Positions 12,501-23,450 of a stretch of DNA of 64,000 nt are shown in pieces. Position 1 is the first letter of the stretch. The number at the start of each line of letters is the position of its first letter. Origin of the DNA: Macrostomum hystrix (lineage: Eukaryota; Animalia; Platyhelminthes); NCBI GenBank assembly GCA_950097015.1, contig CATNEN010000025.1, forward strand, positions 806,001-870,000, given 5' to 3'. The translations under genes were made by a program, and so were the position numbers. Below the pieces are notes generated by a model, which was not told the DNA's origin, made no database searches, and worked only from the letters and a program-made list of their open reading frames with translations.

Positions 12501-15500
12501 ATAGGAGAGTGAATGGGAGAGTGAATAGGAGAGTGAATGGGAGAGTGAATAGGAGAGTGAATGGGAGAGTGAATAGGAGAGTGAATGGGAGAGTGAATAG
12601 GAGAGTGAGTGGGAGAGTGAATAGGAGAGTGAATGGGAGAGTGAATAGGAGAGTGAGTGGGAGAGTGAATAGGAGAGTGAGTGGGAGAGTGAATAGGAGA
12701 GTGAGTGGGAGAGTGAATAGGAGAGTGAATGGGACAGTGAATAGGAGAGTGAGTGGGAGAGTGAATAGGAGAGTGAATGGGAGAGTGAATGGGAGAGTGA
12801 ATGGGAGAGTGAATACGAGAGTGAGTGGGAGAGTGAATAGGAGAGTGAGTGGGAGAGTGAATAGGAGAGTGAATGGGACAGTGAATAGGAGAGTGAGTGG
12901 GAGAGTGAATAGGAGAGTGAATAGCAGAGTGAATGGGAGAGTGAATAGGAGAGTGAATAGGAGAGTGAATGGGAGAGTGAATAGGAGAGTGAGTGGGAGA
13001 GTGAATAGGAGAGTGAGTGGGAGAGTGAATAGGAGAGTGAATGGGAGAGTGAATAGGAGAGTGAGTGGGAGAGTGAATAGGAGAGTGAATAGGAGAGTGA
13101 ATGGGAGAGTGAATAGGAGAGTGAATGGGAGAGTGAATGGGAGAGTGAATAGGAGAGTGAATAGGAGAGTGAATAGGAGAGTGAATAGGAGAGTGAATGG
13201 GAAAATAGGCAGTCTCTCACATTTCATTTAGACAAAACTTCTCATAAATTTCAAGTTGATATTAGATTTTCTTAGACAAAAAGAGGCAGTTGCCCAACTG
13301 AATAACTGACAGCTTGCGCAACTAGGGGCTGACCCCTCCCATTTTGTGGAATTAATATCTGCCATATTCCCTTCTTTTAGCCAGTTTGCACCTGGCCATT
13401 ATCAGACGGGCCAGCCACTGTGCTAATCCGCCCTGCATGTCTATTTCGTAAAAGGAAGTTGAATTTTATTTCAATGAAAAGAGACAAAGGCCAGGCAACA
13501 AGGGTGGCATTGTAAAAGACACCACCTGGCTATTCAGTTTTCAGCCCTCTAAAGAGCCCACCTGGACTCAAAGTGTGGTGCGATGAATACAATAGAAAAT
13601 TTGAGAACCTTTAAAAACATGGGAGAATTTCTTCGATTGTGAGACACCATTCTGCCCCGAGGATAATGCAATGGGATTATTGTGCAGACCTAGGTGCAAA
13701 AATAGCATTGCACCGATTTTTTAGTTTAAAAAAATGTGGGATAATTCCTCCACCAATTTGACTAACTTACATATAGGTCCTATTTATTCTGTCAAACGCA
13801 ACAGACAATTCCCAACTGATTGGACACTACAGGAAGGCAAATTTCTTAGGATTTCCCAGCGGGATCTGAAGCCAGGGAGATTCGCTTTGATCCCATCCTA
13901 TTCCACCTATATTTCCGTGTGATTTTTGTAGCCCAGATTAAAAAAAGCCCCTCAACTTGGGAACGTCAGTCGGTTGCTGACAGTTTGAAATTCTTTTTTT
14001 CGGCTTGTTTCAACCCAACCAACCCACCCGCGTCACTCTTGACGGGGCGTTGGAGAGTGGGGGCTCCCCTTTCCCAGCTTCACGTCATGCCGGTACCTAG
14101 CAAATAGCGTGCGCAAATCGGGTGGGATTTTTTCCCTCTCTAATTCTCCTCTTTCTCCATTCTCCCACTGGAGGGAGGGGGGATATTTAAGCTACTCCAA
14201 ATCTCTGTTTCTTTTCCGACTTCAATTCAGAGGAAAATCTTGTTAGCTCACTCGCTTATATAGGATTGACCCCGCCACATTGACCGCAGGGCTAAAGTGA
14301 CGAGAGTGAAGTCTGCAAGTCTGTTTAATTGCTTGATCGTCAATGAGTCACCGGGGCGTCGATTCAGATCTAGGCTGGGAATGGATGAGATTCGAAAAAG
14401 TCAAATGACACTTTTAAGTAACATTTGACACCTGAGCTCATTCCGCTAATAATAATAATTATTATTATTATTAATTTTCAGGAGGGCCCGGGGCAATGGC
14501 AAATAGTTTTTAGACACTAGAGACTCACACAGGTGTGTACACCTGCCCTGACTTTCTCATCATCAGGCAGTGTACACTCTCACTGTGCCTTGTAGGTTGG
14601 TCGTAAATTGCACGGCAAGCCCCCAAGCCTTCTCTCCGCGGCTGCGCCCCAAATGAATGTGGCCTCGCCGCGGAATCGAGCTCAGGGACCTTGGTGCGTG
14701 AGGCAAACGCGTTGGCCACTCTGCCACTCACCCCCTCATGAACACCCTAACTGAAACCAATAATTTCCCAAATTAACTGTCTAAATTTAGTTTTTTCATC
14801 TCCTAAATATCAGGTTTTGATCCATTAATGGCCAAATTGATCAATCAATCGATAAGTCAATCGTCAGTCTAACAATATCTTCTTAGACACGCAATAATAC
14901 TTTCATCTGTCTTTAGCATCCTAACTTATCCAGACATGCCGCTAATCCGCAGCTAATCCCCAACTCTGCTGAGGCTAATCCGCTGCCCAGGTTGGGTAGG
15001 GGGCGAAGAGGTCTTTGGTCAGCTCGCAATCACGCAGGAGAAAGACAGACAGATGAAAGGAAGGCTAATAATGATTCTGAATAGCAATTTAATGCATGAC
15101 TGTGCATTCACTGAAGAGCCTGAGCTTGACATGGCTGCTCATTGTATCCCACTTATGCACTTGGCACAGCTTCCTCTAGTCTCATCTTTTTCATTATCTT
15201 CTGCAGAAAATGTTGCAAAAATCTAAGTCTCACCAGACGCACACTGACACGCAAAGTGTTGATAAAAAACGCTTTGTAAAATCTTGTGTATCCAGCGGCT
15301 TTAACAAGTTTAAACAAAGAATGCCTGAAATCGGACCACCTTGCGTGGGACTTGATCAGAGTCGACGATTCTTGTCGTGCCTTTTATAGGCGTAAGATTT
15401 CTTAATCGATCAGTTTTCAAGAAAATCTATCTTGCACGACTGGCTAGTAGCTAAATAAAAGCTGTTGATAACTTTTTAAAATCGAGTTTGGCTAAATGCA

Positions 15501-16298
15501 TAAAGGATAACTCAATCTTTTTTTCCAACTTTTGTTCAATTCAGCACTGTCTGACTCAGCCCGAGGATCAGGGACACAGAGCGCAGACTCTAGTGCGACT
15601 GGCCGGTGGGCCCGACGTCAGCAACACCTGTGAGTACCTGCCAGATTGTCTAAGCCTTAACTCTGCGTCTAAGTCACATTCACAAGCCTAGTTACGGATC
15701 TAAACGATGTCACTCCGCCAAACACCTTACTCTGTCAACCACCTCACTCCGCCAACCACCTCACTCCGCCAAACACCTGACCCCACCAACCAACCTCACT
15801 CTACCAACCAACCTCAATCCGCCAACCACCCCACTCCGCCAACCACCTCACTCCTCCAACAACCTTACTCCACTAACCACCTCACTCCACTAACCACCTC
15901 ACTCCACCAACCACCTCACTCCGCCAAACACCCCACTCCGCCAACCACCTCACTCCGCCAAACACCTCACTCCAGACTACCGCATCCCGGCATCAGAGGA
16001 AGAGAGCAATTACGATCGAGGAGGCGGCGGCGCTGGCAGCCACATTCGAACAGCCGCCAGCCTTGGCGACTCGGCGTCGGCCACCATGGGTGTTCGACGC
16101 GGTCGCCGAAGCAGCTGTGGACAGCAGCAGCATCCGCCAGCCTATCAGACCCTGATGCAGCAGCAGCAGCAGCAGCAGCAGCTGATTCACCAGTCCAGCT
16201 TTCAGTCGGTCTCGACACCTGTTGCTACTGGTAGACGCGGCGTCGACTCATCGTCACAGAAGCGGCAATTCCAACTAGTCAATTCTTCGTTTGTTTAA
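1824..16298 (+). CDS. Protocadherin, 7 extracellular cadherin repeats + TM + cytoplasmic tail (delta-1-like architecture); join(1824..3566,4044..4427,9822..9984,10778..11385,15545..15629,15976..16298), ~1101 aa
   Basis: Signal peptide MLEMCQSSARVLLALLIWPSIASA. Repeated cadherin motifs (DLNDNAPTF, DKNDETPQF, DVNDEAPVI, NLNDNAPTF, DLNDNSPTF, DTNDNPPRF; LDRE/LDYE; A.D.D). TM GLLLIGCLAIPAAILALVCLALLLLA. All junctions are GT..AG with matching phase; total 3306 nt is divisible by 3. The last two exons are less certain. Confidence 0.88.
3678..3938 (-). mobile_element. SINE family A copy (tRNA-derived, (TTA)n tail), internally deleted
   Basis: Reverse complement matches 10383-10752, including the B-box GAGCTCGATTCC, the hairpin and the tail. 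Confidence 0.85.
4044..4427 (+). CDS. Protocadherin exon 2 (end of EC5, EC6)
   Basis: Acceptor ttccgatccag|GTACGA; VRLHDLGKPP...DDLNDNSP...LDRE; donor CTG|GTGAGA at 4428. Confidence 0.92.
4540..5255. repeat. Minisatellite, 18 bp (CTTCCACTAGTTCTTCCT)
   Basis: ACTAGT at 4803, 4821, 4839. Confidence 0.92.
6018..6270 (+). mobile_element. SINE family B (tRNA head + CORE-like domain + 3' tail)
   Basis: tRNA-like head GTAGCCTAGTGGTTAGAG...CTCATGA...GGATTCTATTCC; TGTGTCCTTTAGCAAGACAGTTAAC...CTTCAGTT...CTGTTAAATGGG resembles the MIR CORE; homologous copies at 10055-10340 and 40405-40660. Confidence 0.75.
6490..7998. repeat. Minisatellite, 15 bp (GGAAATTCGGAGTTT) with 78-bp and 479-bp higher-order units
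   Basis: KFGVW pseudo-peptide period; the blocks at 6967 and 7446 are duplicates. Confidence 0.93.
9822..9984 (+). CDS. Protocadherin exon 3 (EC6/EC7 junction)
   Basis: Acceptor catctccgcag|GTTACG; VTDTNDNPPRF...ARDPDEGANSELIYSL; donor ATAG|GTACCG, phase 1. Confidence 0.9.
10055..10340 (-). mobile_element. SINE family B copy
   Basis: Reverse complement GGTTTGTAGCCTAGTGGTT...GGTTCTATTCCC...GGCAAGATATTTAAC...CTTCAGTTCGCCCAGATGTTAAATGGGTAC...GGACTGAACAGC. Confidence 0.78.
10383..10752 (+). mobile_element. SINE family A, near full length (~370 bp)
   Basis: A-box-like GTGGCAAAGCGG, B-box-like GAGCTCGATTCC, body with hairpin 10546-10588, (TTA)n tail; >=7 homologous copies in the window. Confidence 0.88.
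10778..11385 (+). CDS. Protocadherin exon 4 (end of EC7, transmembrane helix, juxtamembrane tail)
   Basis: Acceptor tctcaag|GCAGC completes Gly in phase 1; FGVDPISGRLFVAR...YQLRLSVRDRGQPPLS; hydrophobic TM; donor AGG|GTGAGC at 11386. Confidence 0.9.
11405..12056. repeat. Minisatellite, 23 bp (ATGGGGATTGGGGATGAGAAAAT), ~28 copies
   Basis: GGGGATGAG at 11461, 11484. Confidence 0.94.
12057..13203. repeat. Minisatellite, 12 bp (GAGAGTGA[AG]T[AG]G)
   Basis: Period 12; directly abuts the 23-bp array. Confidence 0.94.
14448..14735 (-). mobile_element. SINE family A copy
   Basis: Reverse complement of head, body and hairpin; (AAT)n/(ATT)n tail. Confidence 0.87.
15545..15629 (+). CDS. Probable protocadherin exon 5 (cytoplasmic tail)
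   Basis: Acceptor ttcaattcag|CAC, open in phase 0 (HCLTQPEDQGHRAQTLVRLAGGPDVSNT); donor T|GTGAGT at 15630; GC-rich island. Confidence 0.6.
15708..15975. repeat. Degenerate ~17-bp C/A-rich minisatellite (CACCTCACTCCGCCAAC)
   Basis: Repeated CACTCC(G/A)CCAAC units. Confidence 0.8.
15976..16298 (+). CDS. Probable protocadherin last exon (poly-Gly, poly-Gln, ends SSFV*)
   Basis: Acceptor cactccag|AC completes Tyr in phase 1 and joins ORF 16086..16298; (CAG)8 at 16158-16181; AATAAA at 16527. Confidence 0.62.
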
Positions 16299-16559
16299 CT
16301 GAAGTCCGCACAGCAGTCCGTCTGACCACGTCTGGTCAGTGGTCTGATTGAGTCTATAGTTAACTCAATTATTCAGATAATGACACAAATACTAATTTTT
16401 GTTCAAATGTTCCAAGCCGCAAAATAGTTTTTCTTCGAAAACTGAAGCAGTGTACATTTTTGTTAAAAAATTATAACCAAATATCAAACAAACGAATGTT
16501 GTTAAAAATCATTGCTTGAATCCTTTAATAAATGGAATGACAGAGTGAGATAAAAGGAA

Positions 16560-17147
16560 ATAATGAGAAAATAATCTAGAATGAGATTAGAGGCGAGATT
16601 CAGATTAGTAGGGAGAATGAGATGGGAGGGAATAATGAGATTAGAGGGGAGCGTGAGATTAGAGGGTAGAATGAGATTAGAGGGTAGAATGAGATTAGAG
16701 GGTAGAATGAGATTAGAGGGTAGAATGAGATTAGAGGGTAGAATGAGATTAGAGGGTAGAATGAGATTAGAGGGGAGCGTGAGATTAGAGGGTAGAATGA
16801 GATTAGAGGGCAGAATGAGATTAGAGGGTAGAATGAGATTAGAGGGCAGAGTGAGATTAGAGGGTAGAATGAGATTAAAGGGTAGAATGAGATTAGAGGG
16901 TAGAATGAGATTAGAGGGTAGAATGAGATTAGAGGGTAGAATGAGATTAAAGGGTAGAATGAGATTAGAGGGTAGAATGAGATTAGAGGGTAGAATGAGA
17001 TTAGAGGGTAGAATGAGATTAAAGGGTAGAATGAGATTAGAGGGTAGAATGAGATTAGAGGGTAGAATGAGATTAAAGGGTAGAATGAGATTAGAGGGTA
17101 GAATGAGATTAGAGGGTAGAATGAGATTAGAGGGTAGAATGCGATGA
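16560..17147. repeat. Minisatellite, 18 bp (AGAGGGTAGAATGAGATT)
   Basis: RLEGRM pseudo-peptide period. Confidence 0.93.
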
Positions 17148-18240
17148 GAGAAGAAAAGGAAATAAATGACTTGGATGAAATTAGATATATTGTTTAGTTT
17201 CAGTTAATTGATGTTACTTTTAGTAAAAAAATATTAAAATGAATAGGGAAATACAGATTCCATGAAAACAGATTATTTACTATAAAGTTACATTGGACAG
17301 TAATGGTTGACTCTGATCAGGCGCCTACAAAAACGGGATATTATCCCCAAAAATCGTCAAAAAGAGCATAGTGCCAATACTTCAACACTATAATTGCAGC
17401 CCAGTTTCAAATGAGCTGTGAAAAATGATTGCGGGAGACAAAAAAGTAACGGATGAAGATAATTTGGCCCCTAAGGCAGTATTGAGGGGAGTAATTTATA
17501 ACAAAAAATCTGCTATCTAAAATCCATTGCGCCTCCGAAATCACTGCTCATTGGCAACTCCGATTGTTTTATTTTCCTTAAAACGTTTTGAGTTCAGAAA
17601 AAAGTATCATAAACTGTGCTCACTTCCGCTGTCCCACCGGCTTCAAATCCCTTCCAGCACCCACCCCACTCCTCTCTGATCTCCCATCGATTCTGGCCTC
17701 CGGACTTAAGCTAAAGTGGGTACTCGCTGATTTACGAAGCCCATTGCAGTGCGGTGTCTGGTGTATAATTATGCGTGAACGCAGTGCAGCACAATCATAT
17801 TGTGCAAAGCATACACGAGTCTAATTTTAGCATGAAATGAAACAAAGATTTGTAGGAAAATTTGCTTTCCAAATAGGGCTTTATGCACGGGTAGCTTAAT
17901 TAGTCTATTTTTCAACTTTTCAGCTCTACAAACTATGTCAATCAGTGGCAGGGAAATTTGTTATCGGAGCAGCGACCGTCAGGACCTTCAACAAAAGCAG
18001 GCGTATTGAGATGCCGATCGGGTGTCTTTGTTCAAGATACAGAGCAATGTGAATTGTCCTCGTAACCAAGATCTTCGACAAAAATCGCAGAATATCTCTC
18101 GGCCTTTGAACGTTAGTTCATCGTAAAAACCGGAAAATGTTGATCCATATGGTGGACTTTCACGAAAATCGGTCATCCGGTTTCGAAGCTATGGTGAAGT
18201 AGGCAGCGAGTAATGAAAATAACCAGGAGGTCTTTACTCA

Positions 18241-19105
18241 GGGGGATTGTCCATTTTAGGGGTTTTTCCTCTTGGGGATTATAAGGATTTTCTATTTTGG
18301 GGATTTTCTCTTCTGGGGATTTCCCATTCTGGGGATTGTCCATTCTCGGGATTTTCCACTCTATGGATTGACGATTCTGGTCGAATTGCTTTGTTAAGAA
18401 TTAACAAATCTTGGAAGGGACAAATTTAGTCTTTTATCAAGTTTCGAGTGACCATTTTTAGGGATTTCCGAATCAGTGGATTAAGAAAAATTCTGGCCAT
18501 TGGGTGTTTTACCTGCCTTCGCAATGAACAGTCAAAGAAGGCATTATTTAGGGACTTGTTGAAGTTTGTTCAGCTGAAAATATTGTGGAAAACCAGAGTC
18601 AGAGAAAAAATGTTTGAAACAACTGAGCCTTTCTTTGTTTAAATGCGATCTTAGATTTCTTAAAAACAAGTGCAAACACGTTTATTGACTCGTCCTATGG
18701 AGACTAAAATCTAGAAACTGAAGAGATATCCCCGCGACAAACCACCATTTTCCGGACCGGTACAGGCTTTGGGAATGCTTTCCCAAAATACACTGGCCAG
18801 ATAGGCAATTCGAATGCACTACTTGGAGAAATGCACAGATAAGTTTCGTTTCGTTTCGTTATTACAAACTATTTTTTAATTGCTGTATTATCACAACGCT
18901 GAATAAATTCACTAGATTTTCGCTTAAGCTTTTGTATCTGCCTGTTTTACCTACGAACTGTGCTTAACAGTAACATATTTTCCCCAGAATGGAAAATCCC
19001 CAGAATTGTCAATCCGCTGAATGGACAATCCCCAGAACAGACAATCCCTAATCCTACAATCCCACAAACGGACTATCCCTAGATTTGCAAATCCCTGAAT
19101 CCCTA
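18241..19105. mobile_element. Foldback/MITE-like element with modular inverted arms
   Basis: Left arm 18241-18380 consists of GGGGATT(G/T)TCCATTCT units and right arm 18981-19105 of the reverse-complement units (AGAATGGA(A/C)AATCCCC), ~600-bp spacer; no TSD identified. Confidence 0.55.
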
Positions 19106-19544
19106 AGTCGTTAATCCATTTTTAAATCAAACAATAGTTTAGTACGAGAATGGAATAGAATGGTGAGTTAAAGAGCAAAATAACACTAGAGGAACGGGCC
19201 CACCGTCATCCACCAGGTGAATGCAGCACTCAGAATGCACAAAACATGTGATGACTTTTTTAAAAGTCACAGTTCTCTTGCAACGCACAATGGCTCCTTG
19301 GTTGAGGAAAAAAAATAGAATTCAGCGTAGGATTTCCGGCGGTCCAGCTCACCAGGTGCTTGAGTTGGCTCTGGCCGTGTTTCTCAATTCTTCCTTCTTT
19401 GATTCAGTTGACCAAAAAGAGTCCAGCGAATGAGTGAGCACAGTCGCGGCCAAGTGAGGCTTGTCAATCTTGCAGGTTGTGGCGCGGAACTGCACATTGT
19501 CATTTTAACTCATTGGTACAGATTTAAAGACAGGTGGATACAGT

Positions 19545-21945
19545 GACTGAGAGTGGGAGATGCACTCATGGATAGAGTGGCTGAGAGAGGGAGAAGCACT
19601 CATGGATAGAGTGACTGAGAGTGGGAGATGCACTCATGGATAGAGTGACTGAGAGAGGGAGAAGCACTCATGGATACAGTGGCTGAGAGTGGGAGAGTCA
19701 CTCATGGATAGAGTGACTGAGAGAGGGAGAAGCACTCATGGATACAGTGGCTGAGAGTGGGAGAGTCACTCATGGATAGAGTGACTGAGAGTGGGAGATG
19801 CACTCATGGATAGAGTGACTGAGAGTGGGAGAAGCACTCATGGATAGAGTGACTGAGAGAGGGAGAAGCACTCATGGATAGAGTGACTGAGAGTGGGAGA
19901 AGCACTCATGGATAGAGTGACTGAGAGAGGGAGAAGCACTCATGGATACAGTGACTGAGAGTGGGAGATGCACTCATGGATAGAGTGACTGAGAGAGGGA
20001 GAAGCACTCATGGATACAGTGACTGAGAGTGGGAGATGCACTCATGGATAGAGTGGCTGAGACTGGGAGATGCACTCATGGATAGAGTGACTGAGAGAGG
20101 GAGAAGCACTCATGGATAGAGTGGCTGAGACTGGGAGAAGCACTCATGGATAGAGTGACTGAGAGTGGGAGAAGCACTCATGGATAGAGTGACTGAGAGA
20201 GGGAGAAGCACTCATGGATAGAGTGGCTGAGACTGGGAGAAGCACTCATGGATAGAGTGACTGAGAGTGGGAGATGCACTCATGGATAGAGTGACTGAGA
20301 GAGGGAGAAGCACTCATGGATAGAGTGGCTGAGACTGGGAGAAGCACTCATGGATAGAGTGACTGAGAGTGGGAGATGCACTCATGGATAGAGTGACTGA
20401 GAGTGAGAGAATCACTCATGGATAGAGTGACTGAGAGAGGGAGAAGCACTCATGGATAGAGTGGCTGAGACTGGGAGAAGCACTCATGGATAGAGTGACT
20501 GAGAGTAGGAGAAGCACACATGGATAGAGTGACTGAGAGAGGGAGAAGCACACATGGATAGAGTGACTGAGAGTGGGAGAAGCACACATGGATAGAGTGA
20601 CTGAGAGAGGGAGAAGCACTCATGGATAGAGTGACTGAGAGTGGGAGAAGCACTCATGGATAGAGTGACTGAAAGTGGGAGAAGCACTCATGGATAGAGT
20701 GGCTGAGAGTGGGAGAAGCACTCATGGATAGAGTGGCTGAGAGTGAGAGAATCACTCATGGATAGAGTGGCTGAGAGTGGGAGAAGCACTCATGGATAGA
20801 GTGGCTGAGAGTGGGAGAGTCACTTATGGATATAGTGGCTGAGAGTGGGAGAGTCACTCATGGATAGAGTGGCTGAGAGAGGGAGAAGCACTCATGGATA
20901 GAGTGGCTGAGAGTGGGAGAAGCACTCATGGATAGAGTGACTGAGAGTGGGAGAAGCACTCATGGATAGAGTGACTGAGAGTAGGAGAAGCACACATGGA
21001 TAGAGTGACTGAGAGAGGGAGAAGCACACATGGATAGAGTGACTGAGAGTGGGAGAAGCACACATGGATAGAGTGACTGAGAGAGGGAGAAGCACTCATG
21101 GATAGAGTGACTGAGAGTGGGAGAAGCACACATGGATAGAGTGACTGAGAGAGGGAGAAGCACTCATGGATAGAGTGACTGAGAGTGGGAGAAGCACTCA
21201 TGGATAGAGTGACTGAAAGTGGGAGAAGCACTCATGGATAGAGTGGCTGAGAGTGGGAGAAGCACTCATGGATAGAGTGGCTGAGAGTGAGAGAATCACT
21301 CATGGATAGAGTGGCTGAGAGTGGGAGAAGCACTCATGGATAGAGTGGCTGAGAGTGGGAGAGTCACTTATGGATATAGTGGCTGAGAGTGGGAGAGTCA
21401 CTCATGGATAGAGTGGCTGAGAGAGGGAGAAGCACTCATGGATAGAGTGGCTGAGAGTGGGAGAAGCACTCATGGATAGAGTGACTGAGAGTGGGAGAAG
21501 CACTCATGGATAGAGTGACTGAGAGTAGGAGAAGCACACATGGATAGAGTGACTGAGAGAGGGAGAAGCACACATGGATAGAGTGACTGAGAGTGGGAGA
21601 AGCACACATGGATAGAGTGACTGAGAGAGGGAGAAGCACTCATGGATAGAGTGACTGAGAGTGGGAGAAGCACTCATGGATAGAGTGACTGAAAGTGGGA
21701 GAATCACTCATGGATAGAGTGGCTGAGAGTGGGAGAAGCACTCATGGATAGAGTGACTGAGACTGGGAGAAGCACTCATGGATAGAGCGACTGAGAGTGG
21801 GAGAAGCACTCATGGATAGAGTGACTGAAAGTGGGAGAATCACTCATGGTTAGAGTGGCTGAGAGTGGGAGAAGCACTCATGGATAGAGTGACTGAGACT
21901 GGGAGAAGTACTCATGGATAGAGTGACTGAGACTGGGAGAATCAA
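19545..21945. repeat. Minisatellite, 34 bp (GAGTGGGAGAAGCACTCATGGATAGAGTGACTGA), ~70 copies, higher-order blocks
   Basis: Period 34; diagnostic variants recur at offsets of 476 and 544. Confidence 0.95.
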
Positions 21946-21974
21946 TCAAACGAAACGAGAGAATCGAGTCGTCG

Positions 21975-22208
21975 ACAAAAAGGGAAAGAAGGAGACAAAA
22001 GAGGGGAAAGAAGGAGACAAAAGAGGGGAAAGAAGGAGACAAAAGAGGGGAAAGAAGGAGACAAAAGAGGGGAAAGAAGGAGACAAAAGAGGGGAAAGAA
22101 GGAGACAAAAGAGGGGAAAGAAGGAGACAAAAGAGGGGAAAGAAGGAGACAAAAGAGGGGAAAGAAGGAGACAAAAGAGGGGAAAGAAGGAGACAAAAGA
22201 GGGGAAAG
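21975..22208. repeat. Minisatellite, 22-bp polypurine (AAAAGAGGGGAAAGAAGGAGAC)
   Basis: Perfect repeats. Confidence 0.93.
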
Positions 22209-22754
22209 ATATTTAAATTCGGGACTCTGCAGCCTTCATTCGGATAAATTGCTGATAGCTGAAATCAGCAATCATCTATGCCCTGGATCTTGTCTCTTTC
22301 TGTCTCATTTTTTTTCTCGGCAACTTCCGGTCGAGTCGCGGCCAAGAAGAGCATGATATAATTATTGGGATGAGGAGAGACGCGGAAATAAGTGCACAGG
22401 TGCAAGTAGGGAGAGGAAATCAAAGACTCGGTGGATATCATTCAGAAAGTGAAGGGAAGTGAATCCACTCGCATGTATTGTCGTGTCTTTCATCCCATAG
22501 TCAACATGTAGGAGCCCATCTTTCATTTCTTCACTCGATCACTCTAGCCCGATCTCGTTATCAGGTCTGAGTCACACAAGGTATGGAACGAATGCGACCA
22601 CCACCCCCGAACCAACTCCACTTCATGAACACTGTACACCAACTCAGCTCATGCCAGCACACTTTCTAGTACGAGTATCTTGAGCCGAGCTCGCTTATGT
22701 CAGGCAAACTCTTGCCCGCTTGCTACCACCGGTCATCACTCCTATGCCTTAACT

Positions 22755-23450
22755 CTCCCGTGTCTCATCTCTTCTCTCATCTCATCTCTCCGTGTCCAAT
22801 CTATCCAGTGTGTAATCCATCCCGTGTCTCATCTCTCCCGGGTGTCTCTCCCGTGCCTCATCTCTCCCGTGTCTCATCTCTCCCGTGCCTCATCTCTCCC
22901 GTGTCTCATCTCTCCTGTGTCTCATCTCTCCCGTGTCTCATCTCTCCCGTGTCTCATCTCTCCCGTGTCTCATCTCTCCCGTGCCTCATCTCTCCCGTGT
23001 CTCATCTCTCCCGTGCCTCATCTCTCCCGTGTCTCATCTCTCCTGTGTCTCATCTCTCCCGTGTCTCATCTCTCCCGTGTCTCATCTCTCCCGTGTCTCA
23101 TCTCTCCCGTGTCTCATCTCTCCCGTGTCTCATCTCTCCCGTGTCTCATCTCTCCCGTGTCTCATCTCTCCCGTGTCTCATCTCTCCCGTGTCTCATCTC
23201 TCCCGTGTCTCATCTCTCCCGGGTGTCTCTGCCGTGTCTCTCCCGTGTCTCATCTCTCTCGTGTCTCATCTATCCCGTGGTCTCTCCCGTGTCTCATCTC
23301 TCCCGGGTGTCTCTGCCGTGTCTCTCCCGTGTCTCATCTCTCTCGTGTCTCATCTATCCCGTGGTCTCTCCCGTGTCTCATCTCTCCAGTGTGCCATCTC
23401 TTCCGTATCTAATCTACCTGAGTCTGATCTCTCCCGTGTCTCATCTTAGT
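22755..23450. repeat. Minisatellite, 16 bp (GTGTCTCATCTCTCCC)
   Basis: GTGT at 23109, 23125, 23141. Confidence 0.93.

Noticed and set aside
11178-13231. Long ORFs of 680, 607 and 393 aa (SLSH/SLSY, FTLP, RVNG repeats)
   Set aside because: They are translations of the 12-bp and 23-bp intronic minisatellites, open only because the units lack stops; no splice or domain support
19221-19500. Possible coding remnant on the - strand (DNVQFRATTCKIDKPHLAATVL...)
   Set aside because: About 50 codons, no recognisable domain, no convincing splice sites; a tBLASTx search would be needed
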